Source of the DNA: Promethearchaeia archaeon
Lineage (GTDB): Archaea; Asgardarchaeota; Lokiarchaeia; Sigyniarchaeales; SOKP01
Reading direction: 5' to 3'
Length of the DNA stretch: 59,188 nt
NCBI GenBank assembly: GCA_046483985.1
Contig: JAWOCD010000103.1
Span: forward strand, 1 to 59,188
A program made the position numbers and the translations under genes. The first letter of the stretch is position 1. Every line of letters starts with the position of its first letter. This document shows positions 1 to 10,021 of the stretch, piece after piece. The notes below the pieces were generated by a model. That model was not told the origin of the DNA. It saw only the letters and a program-made list of their open reading frames with translations, and searched no databases.

Positions 1-1226
1 AAGGATTCCTCCTTCAAAGAGGGTTGATGCGATAGGTCAGCAGATGTGAGAAACTTTACCATAATATTAACAGCGGAATTTAAGTCTCTATCCATCTTAT
101 GACCACATTCACAACTAATATCACGCTCGGACAAATCGCGTTTCGCTTTTCTTCCACATTTTGCACAAGTCCGTGTGGTATAAGACTCGTCAATTCTTAT
201 TACTCTTTTACCTATTTTTTCTGCCTTATAGGTTAAGAATTGGACAAATCTCCCCAATGAACCCGTGTTTTGTAGTGAGTGGTTAAGTGTTTTGTTGGCT
301 TTGTTTTGTCTGGGTGATTTTGTAGTTTTTTTCTTCCGTGCCATCTGCTTTACATTCAAGTCTCCTACGATGATCGTGTTTGCTTTTGTATTCTCCACGA
401 TTTGCTTGGAAATCTTGTGTTGAAAGTCTCTGAGTTGATTAGCACACTTTTCTTTCATTTTACATAATTTTTGATGGTATCTATTCCATCTATTCGATCC
501 TTTTTTGCAGCGATCCCGTTTAGATTGCACTTCTTGAAGTTTTTTCTTCCAATAGAGATCTGCCCGTCTATTCTTGATTTGGATAAATTTTCCGTCTAAG
601 TTTACCGCACTCACGAGATTCAAAATTCCCAGATCGATGGCTTGATACTTTCCGTTATCCATATATTCCGGTTCTTGAAATTCGTACGTAATGGAAACGA
701 ACCATTTGCATTTTTTGGTAAATATTTCAATTTGTTTTACCCTTTCAACTTCCTTATTAAGCGAATAATGGGAAATGTCAAATTTGAGTAGTGTTTTGGA
801 AGGATGGCCGTGAGAAAATACAATAGTATTATTTTTAGTCTTGAAACCGCTTTGATTATAGCATAAAGTAGTAAAATAGTTTTTTCCCTTGTATTTAGGT
901 GGTCTTGCGTGGTTGTCTCCGCTTTTCCATAGCGAAAAAAATGATCGATAATTTGCATCCAGTTTCCGTAATGTCATTTGTAGAACCTTAGAATACACCC
1001 ATTTGTATTCCGGATAGTTATCCTTAATTTTTGGTAATCTGTTTTGTTGCTGTGTGTATGTTATGTATTTTCTTTCCTGCTTTGGTTTTTTCTTTTGTTT
1101 TTTCCAAGTGTTGATACGATCCGAAAGTGCAAAATTATAAATCAAACGGCATTTTTCCGATAAATCCCAAAGTACTTGTAATTGTTCTTCCGTAGGATAT
1201 ATCCGAATTTTTTGACTTAATTGCAC
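1..1226 (-). CDS. tnpB: RNA-guided endonuclease TnpB (3' end beyond window)
   Basis: Manual translation from GTG at 1226: MQLSQKIRIYPTEEQ...YNFAL (HTH), RuvC-I QAIDLG, IIVGDLNVKQM, IDESYTTRTCAKCG...CECGHKMDRDLNSAVNI (Zn finger and RuvC-III). No internal stop; absent from the ORF track because no stop codon lies in the window. Confidence 0.93.
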   Translation of the reverse strand, partial: MQLSQKIRIYPTEEQLQVLWDLSEKCRLIYNFALSDRINTWKKQKKKPKQERKYITYTQQQNRLPKIKDNYPEYKWVYSKVLQMTLRKLDANYRSFFSLWKSGDNHARPPKYKGKNYFTTLCYNQSGFKTKNNTIVFSHGHPSKTLLKFDISHYSLNKEVERVKQIEIFTKKCKWFVSITYEFQEPEYMDNGKYQAIDLGILNLVSAVNLDGKFIQIKNRRADLYWKKKLQEVQSKRDRCKKGSNRWNRYHQKLCKMKEKCANQLRDFQHKISKQIVENTKANTIIVGDLNVKQMARKKKTTKSPRQNKANKTLNHSLQNTGSLGRFVQFLTYKAEKIGKRVIRIDESYTTRTCAKCGRKAKRDLSERDISCECGHKMDRDLNSAVNIMVKFLTSADLSHQPSLKEES

Positions 1227-1229
1227 TTT

Positions 1230-1640
1230 CTATTCACCTTATGATTCAACATATTTTTTCAATTGATCTAATGTAACTTGACCGGTCGTAACCAAGAGAT
1301 AACTCGGAGACCATAAATGCCCATCCATTAATTTTTTCTTTTATCTCTGGAAATTCTTGAAAAAGGTATCGTGATGATACTCCTTTCAACGAATTGATGA
1401 ATTTTGTAAGGTGGGTCGTTGGTTTCGTTTTGAATATAATATAATGTGTATGTGTTCAAGATCGGTTTCTTGATTAAGAATTTTAATATCATTTTTTTCC
1501 GCTAACGATATATTAATTTCTTTTAATCTATTGATTATTTCATCGGTATCGAATATCTTTCTTCGATTTTTTACACAACAGATGTAATGGTAGTTTAATG
1601 AATACACCGAATGAGCACCTTTATCAAGTTCGTATCCCAT
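1230..1640 (-). pseudogene. tnpA: IS200-type Y1 transposase TnpA, frameshifted
   Basis: MGYELDKGAHSVYSLNYHYICCVK...EHIHI (HUH motif). An apparent 5-bp ATTAT duplication near 1436-1445 shifts the frame; the other frame continues FKTKPTTHLTKFINSLKGVSSR...HLWSPSY...KKYVES. Confidence 0.9.
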
Positions 1641-1938
1641 TCTATTCACTTGGTTACTAAGATAATACCAAAAAACAAATATAAAAATGTTTGTATAATA
1701 TACGAAATTCATCCCCACCCTAAAGGGATGGGGACTTCTTTCGCTGATCGTTAAATTGAATAATTTTCTTCCTTTAATTGCAGACCTGTCTTTTGCTAAT
1801 GTTGAAAATGAGAAAACTAAGAAATTGGAGGGGTATCTATAAATATAAGCAATAAAAACAAAATATTTCAAAACAATGTTATTTATTTAGTTTTAATTTT
1901 TCTGCGGAATCCCATAAATAACTAAAATAATATCGTGA

Positions 1939-2142
1939 GAAAGGCTCATTAAGAGTGAGAAAGTGGATATGTGTGGATTTGGGAGAATGGCATTTGCGAA
2001 TCCTTCTTTCCCAGAGCAATTATTTACAATTGGAAAAATTGATAAAAAGAAGACTTGTATTACCTGCTCAAAATGCTCTCAATTCATGATAGAGGGGAAA
2101 AAGACGGGATGTGCGATCAGAGACCCCCAATATAAAACCTAA
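1939..2142 (+). pseudogene. C-terminal fragment of an NADH:flavin oxidoreductase (OYE family)
   Basis: Manual translation LIKSEKVDMCGFGRMAFANPSFP...CITCSKCSQFM...TGCAIRD*, matching the D-x-x-x-x-GR...P and CxxCxxC tail of OYE-like enzymes. No 5' portion present. Confidence 0.65.
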
Positions 2143-2255
2143 TAATAAGGATAATTTATGTTCTTTTTGAAAAAGTGATCTCAAAAAATATGCGAAGAAA
2201 GTAAATACTGAACATTAAGATTATAGAAAATAACAACTGGGAAAAGAATTGAAGG

Positions 2256-3047
2256 CTAAAATTCTATCTCTTTAGCGGTATCATATAGATAACTGAAATA
2301 ATACAGCGAGGAAGGACCAAATGCTATATGGTCAGTCTTTACTCCGAAGTAAGAAATTTTCTTAAAGATTTTTTGGGTCAGAATGATAAAGGCATCTTTT
2401 CCTTCATCAATAATAATGGAATTTCCAAATACTTGATCTCTGAATCGGATATTACTGATTTCATCATACTTTTTTAAAAGCTTGATATATTTTTTATCGT
2501 CCAGAGCTTCTTGTTCCACGAGTACCCTGATATCAATAACTCCCCGAGCGCGTGCTTTCTTAATATCCTCATAAAATACATTTAAAAAATCATAATCTGC
2601 CGATACAAAATAAATCGCTTGTTTCGCCATTTTAATTAGGGAGAGCGATCGTTTAATACATACATCCCTCCCTCGATGTACATAGAGTGCAATTTTAATT
2701 GGGGTATCGTGAGATTGATAAATGGGAGATAAGGTATTAATAATTTTTTCAGAATGATCATCAAAATTATCGTTATAAATCTTCTTGGCTATAACAAGTG
2801 CCTCATCGGGGCTCTTAGCAAAATATCGGCTTGGTCTCGACTCTTCTTCCTTAATTATCCACTTTTTCTCTTTTTCTAACTGAGTTAGAATGTTATAAAT
2901 ACGAGAATAAGGGACTCCTGATTCTTCGGAGAGTTCCCGAGCATCCATCGGCCCTTTACTGATGAGAGTTAAGTATATGGAGATCTCATAGTCCGTTAAT
3001 CCAATTTCTCTTAAGCTTTCTTTTACGTTCTCTGGCACGTCAGACAT
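2256..3047 (-). CDS. TrmB-family transcriptional regulator
   Basis: GLTDYEISIYLTL...ARELSEESGVPYSRIYNILTQL HTH signature plus C-terminal effector-domain region. Confidence 0.9.
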   Translation of the reverse strand: MSDVPENVKESLREIGLTDYEISIYLTLISKGPMDARELSEESGVPYSRIYNILTQLEKEKKWIIKEEESRPSRYFAKSPDEALVIAKKIYNDNFDDHSEKIINTLSPIYQSHDTPIKIALYVHRGRDVCIKRSLSLIKMAKQAIYFVSADYDFLNVFYEDIKKARARGVIDIRVLVEQEALDDKKYIKLLKKYDEISNIRFRDQVFGNSIIIDEGKDAFIILTQKIFKKISYFGVKTDHIAFGPSSLYYFSYLYDTAKEIEF

Positions 3048-3129
3048 TTTTAGGCTCCTTTTGCTTTCCTTAATATTTAATAGTATAGATTGCTAAAAAA
3101 TTTTAAGTTTTGTAGTCCTTAGTAAGTAA

Positions 3130-4758
3130 TTATTCAAAATATTTTCTGACAAATTTCTTGTGGGTTTTTTTGGGCTCCTTTTTTCCGCTGATCACGTGTT
3201 GTTCATAAAGCTCGTAGAGCTTGAGCATATCGTCATAGAGAGATTTATATTCTTTCCGAGGGTGTATGACTTCGGACTCTTGTATATCTAAAAAGTGATG
3301 ACTCAAATCCTCCCAATTTAGGTTTTTGCCTATGAGATCATAATAAGATTTCACGGCTCTTAAGGCCGCTCCCAACGCTGCAGAATCGGAAACTTGAAAT
3401 CTCAGAATCGGCGTCTGAAAAATGTCTGCAGCAATTTGTAAAATTTCGCGATTTGCTGAAGCGCCGCCCGTTGCAAAGATTTGGTCAGGTTTTTCCAGAA
3501 TCCATTGAGAATGAAGCCTCATAGATAAGAATTGGGCTTCAATAATTGCCCTCACATTCCCTTCAATATCATTAGCATTTAATCCAAATCGATAGACCTT
3601 CGGCTCTAAAACTAAGGGAACAATTTCGGGTAGAAAATACGGTAGCATAATTTTTCCTTTATTGCCGGGTGGGGTATTTTGTAAGATCTCGGAAAACTTT
3701 TCCCAAGTCAGATCATATTGCTTTTTTATTCTTTCTCTTGCTATGGAGCCATTTTTATAGCAGATAAGGCTCATATAATCTCCAGTCGGTGCTCCAAAGA
3801 CATGGCTTTCTCCTTTAAAGTCAAATGAGAGTTTTTTCAGATAAGAAAAATAGGTATCACTGGTTCCTAAACTAATAGCGGCCTTTGCCTTCTCTATAAT
3901 CCCCAATCCGACCAAGCTATTAGGATTATCCCCCGACCATGCCACTAGTTGAGTGTCTGGACTAAAGCCATACTTGTCGGAAAAATAAGAGGTAATCCTT
4001 CCGATAATCTCAAAGGAATTACACAGTTCAGGGAGTTTCTCTTGTAAGCGTGGAGCAGTTGCATCCAGTGCTCGCCTATCCCAGTTCTTGGTTTTAATAT
4101 TCATCAGATTCATTCCTGCGCCATCTCCATAATCTATAGGCGCATTTTTTCCAAGCAAGATTGAAGCTAAGAAGGAACTTACCAGATGGATTGTTGAGGT
4201 CTGCTCGTAACGATCCGGTTGATTTTGATAAAATTTTCTTATTTGGGGACCAGAAAATCTTTCAAAGGTATCGGAGCCCGTAATTTCTATTGTCTTTTTC
4301 GATCCTCCTAATTTTTCCCGTATTTCCTTACATTGAGCCTTAGTACTCGAATCCATCCATATGGGACTTGTCCTTCGGGTTAAGGAACTATCAATTTGCT
4401 CCGATATCGGTTGGTTAATTTTCAGATTCTGTAATGATTTTTCAAATCGATCATTGAGATATACGGTTCCGTGTTGCTGTCCAGAACCCGCAATAGATTT
4501 AATTGAACTCAAGTCAATTCCTGCTTTCTTAATGAACTTAACCATCAGCTCTAACGCATCAACCCACATTAAGGGAAAAGAATGAACTTCTTTCTCATTT
4601 TTCAAAGTGATCACCCCATTTTCGGTGCCGTATTGGGATAAGGCCTCATCAAAAATTAGGGTGTTTCGATAGACCACTTTTTTTTGATCAAAATCGATAA
4701 CAAGGGCTGTAAGACTCTGTGTTGAGGAGTCTAAACCTAAATAAAAATCCCCTTCCAT
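3130..4758 (-). CDS. FGGY carbohydrate kinase, xylulokinase (XKS1/XYLB-like)
   Basis: YLGLDSSTQS, GSGQQHGTVY, PIWMDSST, ERFSGPQIRK, ISLGTSDT, TGGASAN motifs. Confidence 0.85.
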   Translation of the reverse strand: MEGDFYLGLDSSTQSLTALVIDFDQKKVVYRNTLIFDEALSQYGTENGVITLKNEKEVHSFPLMWVDALELMVKFIKKAGIDLSSIKSIAGSGQQHGTVYLNDRFEKSLQNLKINQPISEQIDSSLTRRTSPIWMDSSTKAQCKEIREKLGGSKKTIEITGSDTFERFSGPQIRKFYQNQPDRYEQTSTIHLVSSFLASILLGKNAPIDYGDGAGMNLMNIKTKNWDRRALDATAPRLQEKLPELCNSFEIIGRITSYFSDKYGFSPDTQLVAWSGDNPNSLVGLGIIEKAKAAISLGTSDTYFSYLKKLSFDFKGESHVFGAPTGDYMSLICYKNGSIARERIKKQYDLTWEKFSEILQNTPPGNKGKIMLPYFLPEIVPLVLEPKVYRFGLNANDIEGNVRAIIEAQFLSMRLHSQWILEKPDQIFATGGASANREILQIAADIFQTPILRFQVSDSAALGAALRAVKSYYDLIGKNLNWEDLSHHFLDIQESEVIHPRKEYKSLYDDMLKLYELYEQHVISGKKEPKKTHKKFVRKYFE

Positions 4759-5202
4759 ACTCTATTGTAAAATTAAGAATCAATTAAATAATTATACTAC
4801 TGATATGATGTTCTTTGTCTGATACCAAAACCTTCTATTTCGCCGTATCCGACTTTCTAATAGGAGAGTTTGGATTTTTTGGTGTCGAACTCAAAACGAG
4901 GACAGAGATAAGGATCAAGAGATACTTCGAAAAGCAAAAAAACCTAGAGAAATTTCGAATAACTATTCGCTATTTTATATTTTAAATATTTTTCTAAGTG
5001 AAACTAGCGGTTCTTCTTAATGATATTTTTGGAATTTCACAACAATTATTAGAAAAATAAGCTAAATTATTTAAAATAAAAACTTTTAATAACGAAATTT
5101 CACTTTTTCTTAATTAGTAAAGATTGTTTCTTTTGGTTTAGGGATATAATAATTGAAAAAATATATAAAGATATACAAAATTAAAATCAAATTTGAAATA
5201 AA

Positions 5203-5625
5203 ATGGTTGACGTTGTTGATTTAAAAATTTTAGAGGAACTTAAGGAAGATGGAAGGCGGTCCTACAGTGATATCTCCGAAGTGGTAGGAAAAACAGAGGC
5301 AACTGTTCGGCGCAGGGTTAAGAAAATGGTGAAAAAGGGGATTATTGAGAAGTTTACAATCAAATACCGGTTGAATGAGAAGCCGAAAATAAAAGCAACG
5401 ATTAATATTGAACCCGATTTTAAAAATATTAAAAAAATCCTTAAAGAACTAAAATCAATAGATGAAGTCACGGATATTTGGAGACTAAGTGGAGAATGTG
5501 GGATATTTGTAAAAGTTGAGATAGACTCAATTGAAGAGTTTAACCCATTAATTGAGGAAAAGATAAGCCAAATAGATAATTCTAAAATTGTGGAAACTTG
5601 TTTCATTACCGATATAATTAAGTAA
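5203..5625 (+). CDS. Lrp/AsnC-family transcriptional regulator
   Basis: DLKILEELKEDGRRSYSDISEVVGKTEATVRRRVKKM HTH. Confidence 0.92.
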   Translation: MVDVVDLKILEELKEDGRRSYSDISEVVGKTEATVRRRVKKMVKKGIIEKFTIKYRLNEKPKIKATINIEPDFKNIKKILKELKSIDEVTDIWRLSGECGIFVKVEIDSIEEFNPLIEEKISQIDNSKIVETCFITDIIK

Positions 5626-5805
5626 AATCGCAGAAATATGAAAAGTGAACCATTTAGGGAGTGGTGATAATGGTAAGCTTTTTTGTCGATTATAATTTTC
5701 AGGAAAAATTTTCAAAATAATCGGTTTATAAGCTATAAAAAATTCATTAAAAAAGTAATAATTCTTTTTAATGAATGATAAACAAAAACGATAAATGGCA
5801 ATAAA

Positions 5806-6345
5806 ATGACAATTAACAAACACGATATAGTGAAAGTTGAATATACTGGATATTATGATGACGGAACAGTATTTGAGACCACAGAAGAATTGGGAAGCCC
5901 TATGATTTTTGAAGTGGGAAGCCAAACTCTACTGCAGGGTTTTGAAGATGCTCTCATAGGTCATGAGGTAGGGGAAATTGTTACTGTCAGAATTCCAGCT
6001 TCAGAGGCATTCGGTAGGAGACATTCAGAATTGGTGCAAACTATTGCAAGAGAAGATTTTCCCCATGGAGAAGAGGAGCCAAAACCAGGGATGCGCTTAA
6101 AATTAATGAATGCCAATGGGTTGAATAACTCCGATGTCTGGGTTAAAGAAGTCACGGAAAATACAGTTACCTTAGATTTAAACCACCCCTCGGCGGGTAA
6201 AGCCTTAAATTTTAAGATTAAAATCGTCGAGAAGGGAGAGGACTTAACGCCCCATTTTACACGCAATCAAAGTATTTTTGGCCTCAACTGTGACGGAAGT
6301 TGCAGTACACCTCAACACGATCATAATAACGACCATAATCAGTAA
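5806..6345 (+). CDS. FKBP-type peptidyl-prolyl isomerase, SlyD-like
   Basis: VEYTGYYDDGTVFETT, GFEDALIG, LDLNHPSAGKALNF; Cys/His-rich tail. Confidence 0.9.
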   Translation: MTINKHDIVKVEYTGYYDDGTVFETTEELGSPMIFEVGSQTLLQGFEDALIGHEVGEIVTVRIPASEAFGRRHSELVQTIAREDFPHGEEEPKPGMRLKLMNANGLNNSDVWVKEVTENTVTLDLNHPSAGKALNFKIKIVEKGEDLTPHFTRNQSIFGLNCDGSCSTPQHDHNNDHNQ

Positions 6346-6370
6346 TAGTGAGAAAACAAAAGTGACAAGT

Positions 6371-8332
6371 TTATATTTTAATTTTTTCCTTTATCCTTTT
6401 TGGAAGGCTATCAAGAGAACAATTAGATAAATATAACTTATTCAAAGATTGAGCAAAAAAAGTAAAGCTTTCGGGAATATATTCAATAGGGTTATTAGAA
6501 AGTTCCAGAATTTTTAAATTTTTTAGATTCTTCAAATTTTTAATCTCTTCAATCTGATTTCCGCCCAAATAGAGAATCTCCAAATTTTTTAATTTATCCA
6601 AATTATTTATGGATTGGATGTCGTTATTTCGTAAATTTAAGAACTTTAAATTTGTCAAAGATCCCAAGCCTTCAATTTTTTCAATTTTGTTATTATGTAG
6701 CTCAAGTCTTTCGAGGCTTTTAAGGGCAGATAATCCCTCGATCTTGGTTATTTCATTAAAATTAAGTGAAAGCCTCTCCAAGTTGGTTAAACCGCCAAGA
6801 TGTTCAATCTTTTCAATATGATTAAAGCTTAAATCTAAATCATAGAGATTTTTTAAATTCGAGAGTTTATCAATCTTGGCTATTTGATTGAGCTGGAGAT
6901 TAAGGATCTTCAGATTATCTAATTGTTCTAATCCCTTTAATTCCTTTATCTCACGTATATTTCTTCCATACAAGTAAAGCTGATAATCTGCAGCGATATG
7001 AATGATATTTTTATGGATAATATAACCGAAATTAAGGTTATGAAATTCTTTATTGAGCGCATTCAATATTTGGGTATAATTTTTATGGGGATTATTCTTA
7101 TAATGATGAATTAAAAAGTAAAAGAGCCTTCTGATAAATGATTTATTTAAATCTTGGGATAAGTCTTTAAGCGCTTGAATTAAGAACTGCGTGTAATTGG
7201 GATTGTTTATTTGGGAAAAGAGGTTATGCCAGATTTCAAAATCATTATTATTTAAAGCAAGAGCCTTCTTTATTGCACACATTGCATCTTCATACTCTTC
7301 CAGAGCGCTCAAGCTTAGAGCATAAGAACTCCACGTAAAAGCGGACTCTTCGTTAGCTTCAAGAGCTCTTTTATAGGCGTGAGCGGCTTTTCCGTATTCC
7401 TCAATCTTTCTGTAAATTAAACCGAGGTCATCCCAGCATCGCGATTTAGAGGGATCTAGATCAACAGCCTTTTTATAATAATGGAGTGCATCGGAATATA
7501 AACCTAATCTTTTATATAGATCTCCAACCTTATGAAGAATCTCAAGATTTTCCTCATTTAACGTTAGTGCTTTCTTAAATGCACCAATTGCTTCTTTATA
7601 TCTTTCTAGTTTATCATAAGCCTCAGCCAATAAGTTCCAGCCCAGTTCTGAATCTGGATATTTATTTAATAATATTCTGATAGACTTTATGGCTTCTTTG
7701 ATCGTTTTCTTGTCGGAAAAAAATTCTCTAAAATAATTCCATGTATGTTTTGAATCTATTTTATCCGATAAGATTTCCTCAAGCACCGTTAATGCTTTTG
7801 AGTTCTGACCTCTTTTGATAAAGAACCGAAAAGCCAGGTAAGAATTAGATTGAAATAATGTCTGCACTTCTTGATTATTTAAGTAATCCAAATATCCTTG
7901 ATCTAAAAGATAATTAATAACCGGTCGATATCCATCTTCGATTCTGAGAGCAATCTCTTCTTTGAAAACCTTTTTCGCTAAGCCATCTCCTGCTTCGGCT
8001 AACTTTTTTAATAAAGGAAAAGCTAAATTAGAGTGCAATAATCTACTGTCGTAGCCATTTTCGTACCAAGCTTGTAAATTAGAACAATGACCCCAAAATT
8101 CAACTTCTGGATTAATGTTATATTTGGTACTAGAATTGTGCTCCAAGGAAGAGTTTAGTTTTTCTTTAGCCTCATCAATAGAGTTTATCTCATCGTATTC
8201 TCTAATCCTTCTTGTGGGAATATCTAAAAGTAAATATTTACATTGCTGGAATAGTTTACCATCTACATAAATATTGGTCTTACAATCTTCGAACTTCACA
8301 CAAAGATATTTATTTATTCTAAATCGTTTCAT
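6371..8332 (-). CDS. TPR and leucine-rich repeat protein
   Basis: Central TPRs (WNLLAEAYDKLERYKEAIGAFKKAL), C-terminal SDS22-like LRRs (LxxLxLxxNxIxKIEGL), N-terminal EFWGHCSNLQAW domain recalled from Lokiarchaeia LRR proteins. Confidence 0.88.
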   Translation of the reverse strand: MKRFRINKYLCVKFEDCKTNIYVDGKLFQQCKYLLLDIPTRRIREYDEINSIDEAKEKLNSSLEHNSSTKYNINPEVEFWGHCSNLQAWYENGYDSRLLHSNLAFPLLKKLAEAGDGLAKKVFKEEIALRIEDGYRPVINYLLDQGYLDYLNNQEVQTLFQSNSYLAFRFFIKRGQNSKALTVLEEILSDKIDSKHTWNYFREFFSDKKTIKEAIKSIRILLNKYPDSELGWNLLAEAYDKLERYKEAIGAFKKALTLNEENLEILHKVGDLYKRLGLYSDALHYYKKAVDLDPSKSRCWDDLGLIYRKIEEYGKAAHAYKRALEANEESAFTWSSYALSLSALEEYEDAMCAIKKALALNNNDFEIWHNLFSQINNPNYTQFLIQALKDLSQDLNKSFIRRLFYFLIHHYKNNPHKNYTQILNALNKEFHNLNFGYIIHKNIIHIAADYQLYLYGRNIREIKELKGLEQLDNLKILNLQLNQIAKIDKLSNLKNLYDLDLSFNHIEKIEHLGGLTNLERLSLNFNEITKIEGLSALKSLERLELHNNKIEKIEGLGSLTNLKFLNLRNNDIQSINNLDKLKNLEILYLGGNQIEEIKNLKNLKNLKILELSNNPIEYIPESFTFFAQSLNKLYLSNCSLDSLPKRIKEKIKI

Positions 8333-8664
8333 AAGTCTCTTTTTTAAATATTCCTACCATTTTTCACTTTAGTATGTAATAAAAATATAAAGATTTAAAT
8401 GCTTGTTTACTTTGTATTTTTAAAATAGAAAGAGATCAGAAATTTCTTTGAAGTCCTAGAGGAGGAGAAAAGTCTAAGAATGATAAAAAAAAGAGGTTTG
8501 TCCCCAATGTGAAGATTTTTACCTTATTACAATTCATAGGAGGGACTGAAGGCTATCAATTTATCTATATTATTAAAAAAAATGAAATCTTTTTTTAAAC
8601 TTGAAATATTGTTTTGATTTAGGATTGATAAGTATCAATTTATAATTTTTTATACCAACCAATC

Positions 8665-9990
8665 ATGAGCTATAAATTTAGTAAAGAAGAACTTAAAAAA
8701 CTCCTCATTGATTATAATGAAATAGCTTTAAAAGATAAGGATCTCCCTGAAAAAGCTTGTATTTGGGACGAAACCTTACGAGACGGTGAACAAAGTCCCA
8801 CTGTATATCTTACTTTAGATGAAAAGATAAATCTTGCAAAAATGATGGATGAAATAGGCGTAGAGATGATCGCAGTCGGATATCCAGCTGTCTCTGAATC
8901 GGAAAAAAATATTGTGAAAACAATTGTTAATGAAGAGTGGAAAAATTCTTCAATTTTAGGAATTGCACGTCCAAAAAAATCCGATATAGACGCATGTATT
9001 GATGCAAATTTGGAAGAAATTGTATTATTTATGCCCATCTCCCCCATTTTTATGAAAACTATGAAAATAAATGAAGAAGAAGAACTCGAGCAAATTGAAT
9101 CGGCGATCCACTATGCAATAGATAACGGATTTAAAGTAAATTGGGTATCGGAAGATGGAACACGAGCTGAGTTCAAGCATTTAAAAAGCGTATTTCAAAC
9201 TGCAATAGAGGCTGGCGCTGAGCGAGTGGTTTTAGGCGACACTGTCGGTGTTTTAACGCCGCATTCATCCAAATATTTAGTAAAAAGAATAAAAGAAGAA
9301 ATTATTAATAAGTCTAATAATGAGGCAAAATTGGGAATTCACACCCATAATGATTTCGGATTAGCAGTGGCAAATACCATAACGGGAGTAATTGAAGGAG
9401 TAGAATATCCTCATACATGCATTAACGGATACGGGGAACGGGCAGGAAATGCTGCCTTAGAGGAAGTCGCAGTTATCCTCGAACGCTTGGGGATTGATAC
9501 AGGTATTAACTTAAAGAAGTTACCAGAATTAAGCAAAGCATGTGAAAAGGCATTCTGTAAGCCTCTTTCCCAGTATAAACCAATTGTGGGAGATTATGCC
9601 TTTTCCCATGAGAGTGGACTTCATATTGCTGCAATATTGGCTCACCCCCTTACCTATGAACCCATCAATCCAAAAATGGTCGGAAGGCAACGTCAGTTCT
9701 ATTTAGGGAAGTTTTCTGGGTCTAAATCCATCCTCCACGCAATCAAAGAAAAACTAAAAGGAATTGATTTAGATCTGCCCGATGATGTTCTGAAGGAAAT
9801 CGTGACAGAAGTGAAGAAAGCTCATGAACAGAAATCAAAAGACGAGTTAAGAAAGGCATTCCATGAAGTAAAAGATTCATTAAATAGAGTTACACAAGGC
9901 GTAGATGATAACGAATTTTTCAATATTTTATATAAACATGCCAAACCGTACCTTCCTAAAGATTTTAAAAAGAAAAAACAAGCTGACTAA
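8665..9990 (+). CDS. LeuA/homocitrate/citramalate synthase family (DRE-TIM)
   Basis: WDETLRDGEQ, HTHNDFGLAVAN, GYGERAGNAALEE, HESGLH; substrate not resolvable. Confidence 0.9.
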   Translation: MSYKFSKEELKKLLIDYNEIALKDKDLPEKACIWDETLRDGEQSPTVYLTLDEKINLAKMMDEIGVEMIAVGYPAVSESEKNIVKTIVNEEWKNSSILGIARPKKSDIDACIDANLEEIVLFMPISPIFMKTMKINEEEELEQIESAIHYAIDNGFKVNWVSEDGTRAEFKHLKSVFQTAIEAGAERVVLGDTVGVLTPHSSKYLVKRIKEEIINKSNNEAKLGIHTHNDFGLAVANTITGVIEGVEYPHTCINGYGERAGNAALEEVAVILERLGIDTGINLKKLPELSKACEKAFCKPLSQYKPIVGDYAFSHESGLHIAAILAHPLTYEPINPKMVGRQRQFYLGKFSGSKSILHAIKEKLKGIDLDLPDDVLKEIVTEVKKAHEQKSKDELRKAFHEVKDSLNRVTQGVDDNEFFNILYKHAKPYLPKDFKKKKQAD

Positions 9991-10021
9991 GTATATTCAT
10001 TTCTTATTCTTAATAATTGGC

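Larger units (their letters stand above)
1..1750 (-). mobile_element. IS200/IS605-family element (left end, tnpA pseudogene, tnpB), running off the window start
   Basis: Subterminal hairpin TCCCCACCC-TAAA-GGGATGGGGA at 1712-1734, then Y1 transposase and TnpB coding sequences in tandem. 1480-1716 is nearly identical to 58952-59188. Left boundary approximate. Confidence 0.92.

Noticed and set aside
737-958. 73-aa track ORF
   Set aside because: Alternative frame inside tnpB.
1641-1871. N-terminal extension of the track tnpA ORF (also 59113-59184)
   Set aside because: It runs through the IS left-end region; the transposase starts at MGYELD.
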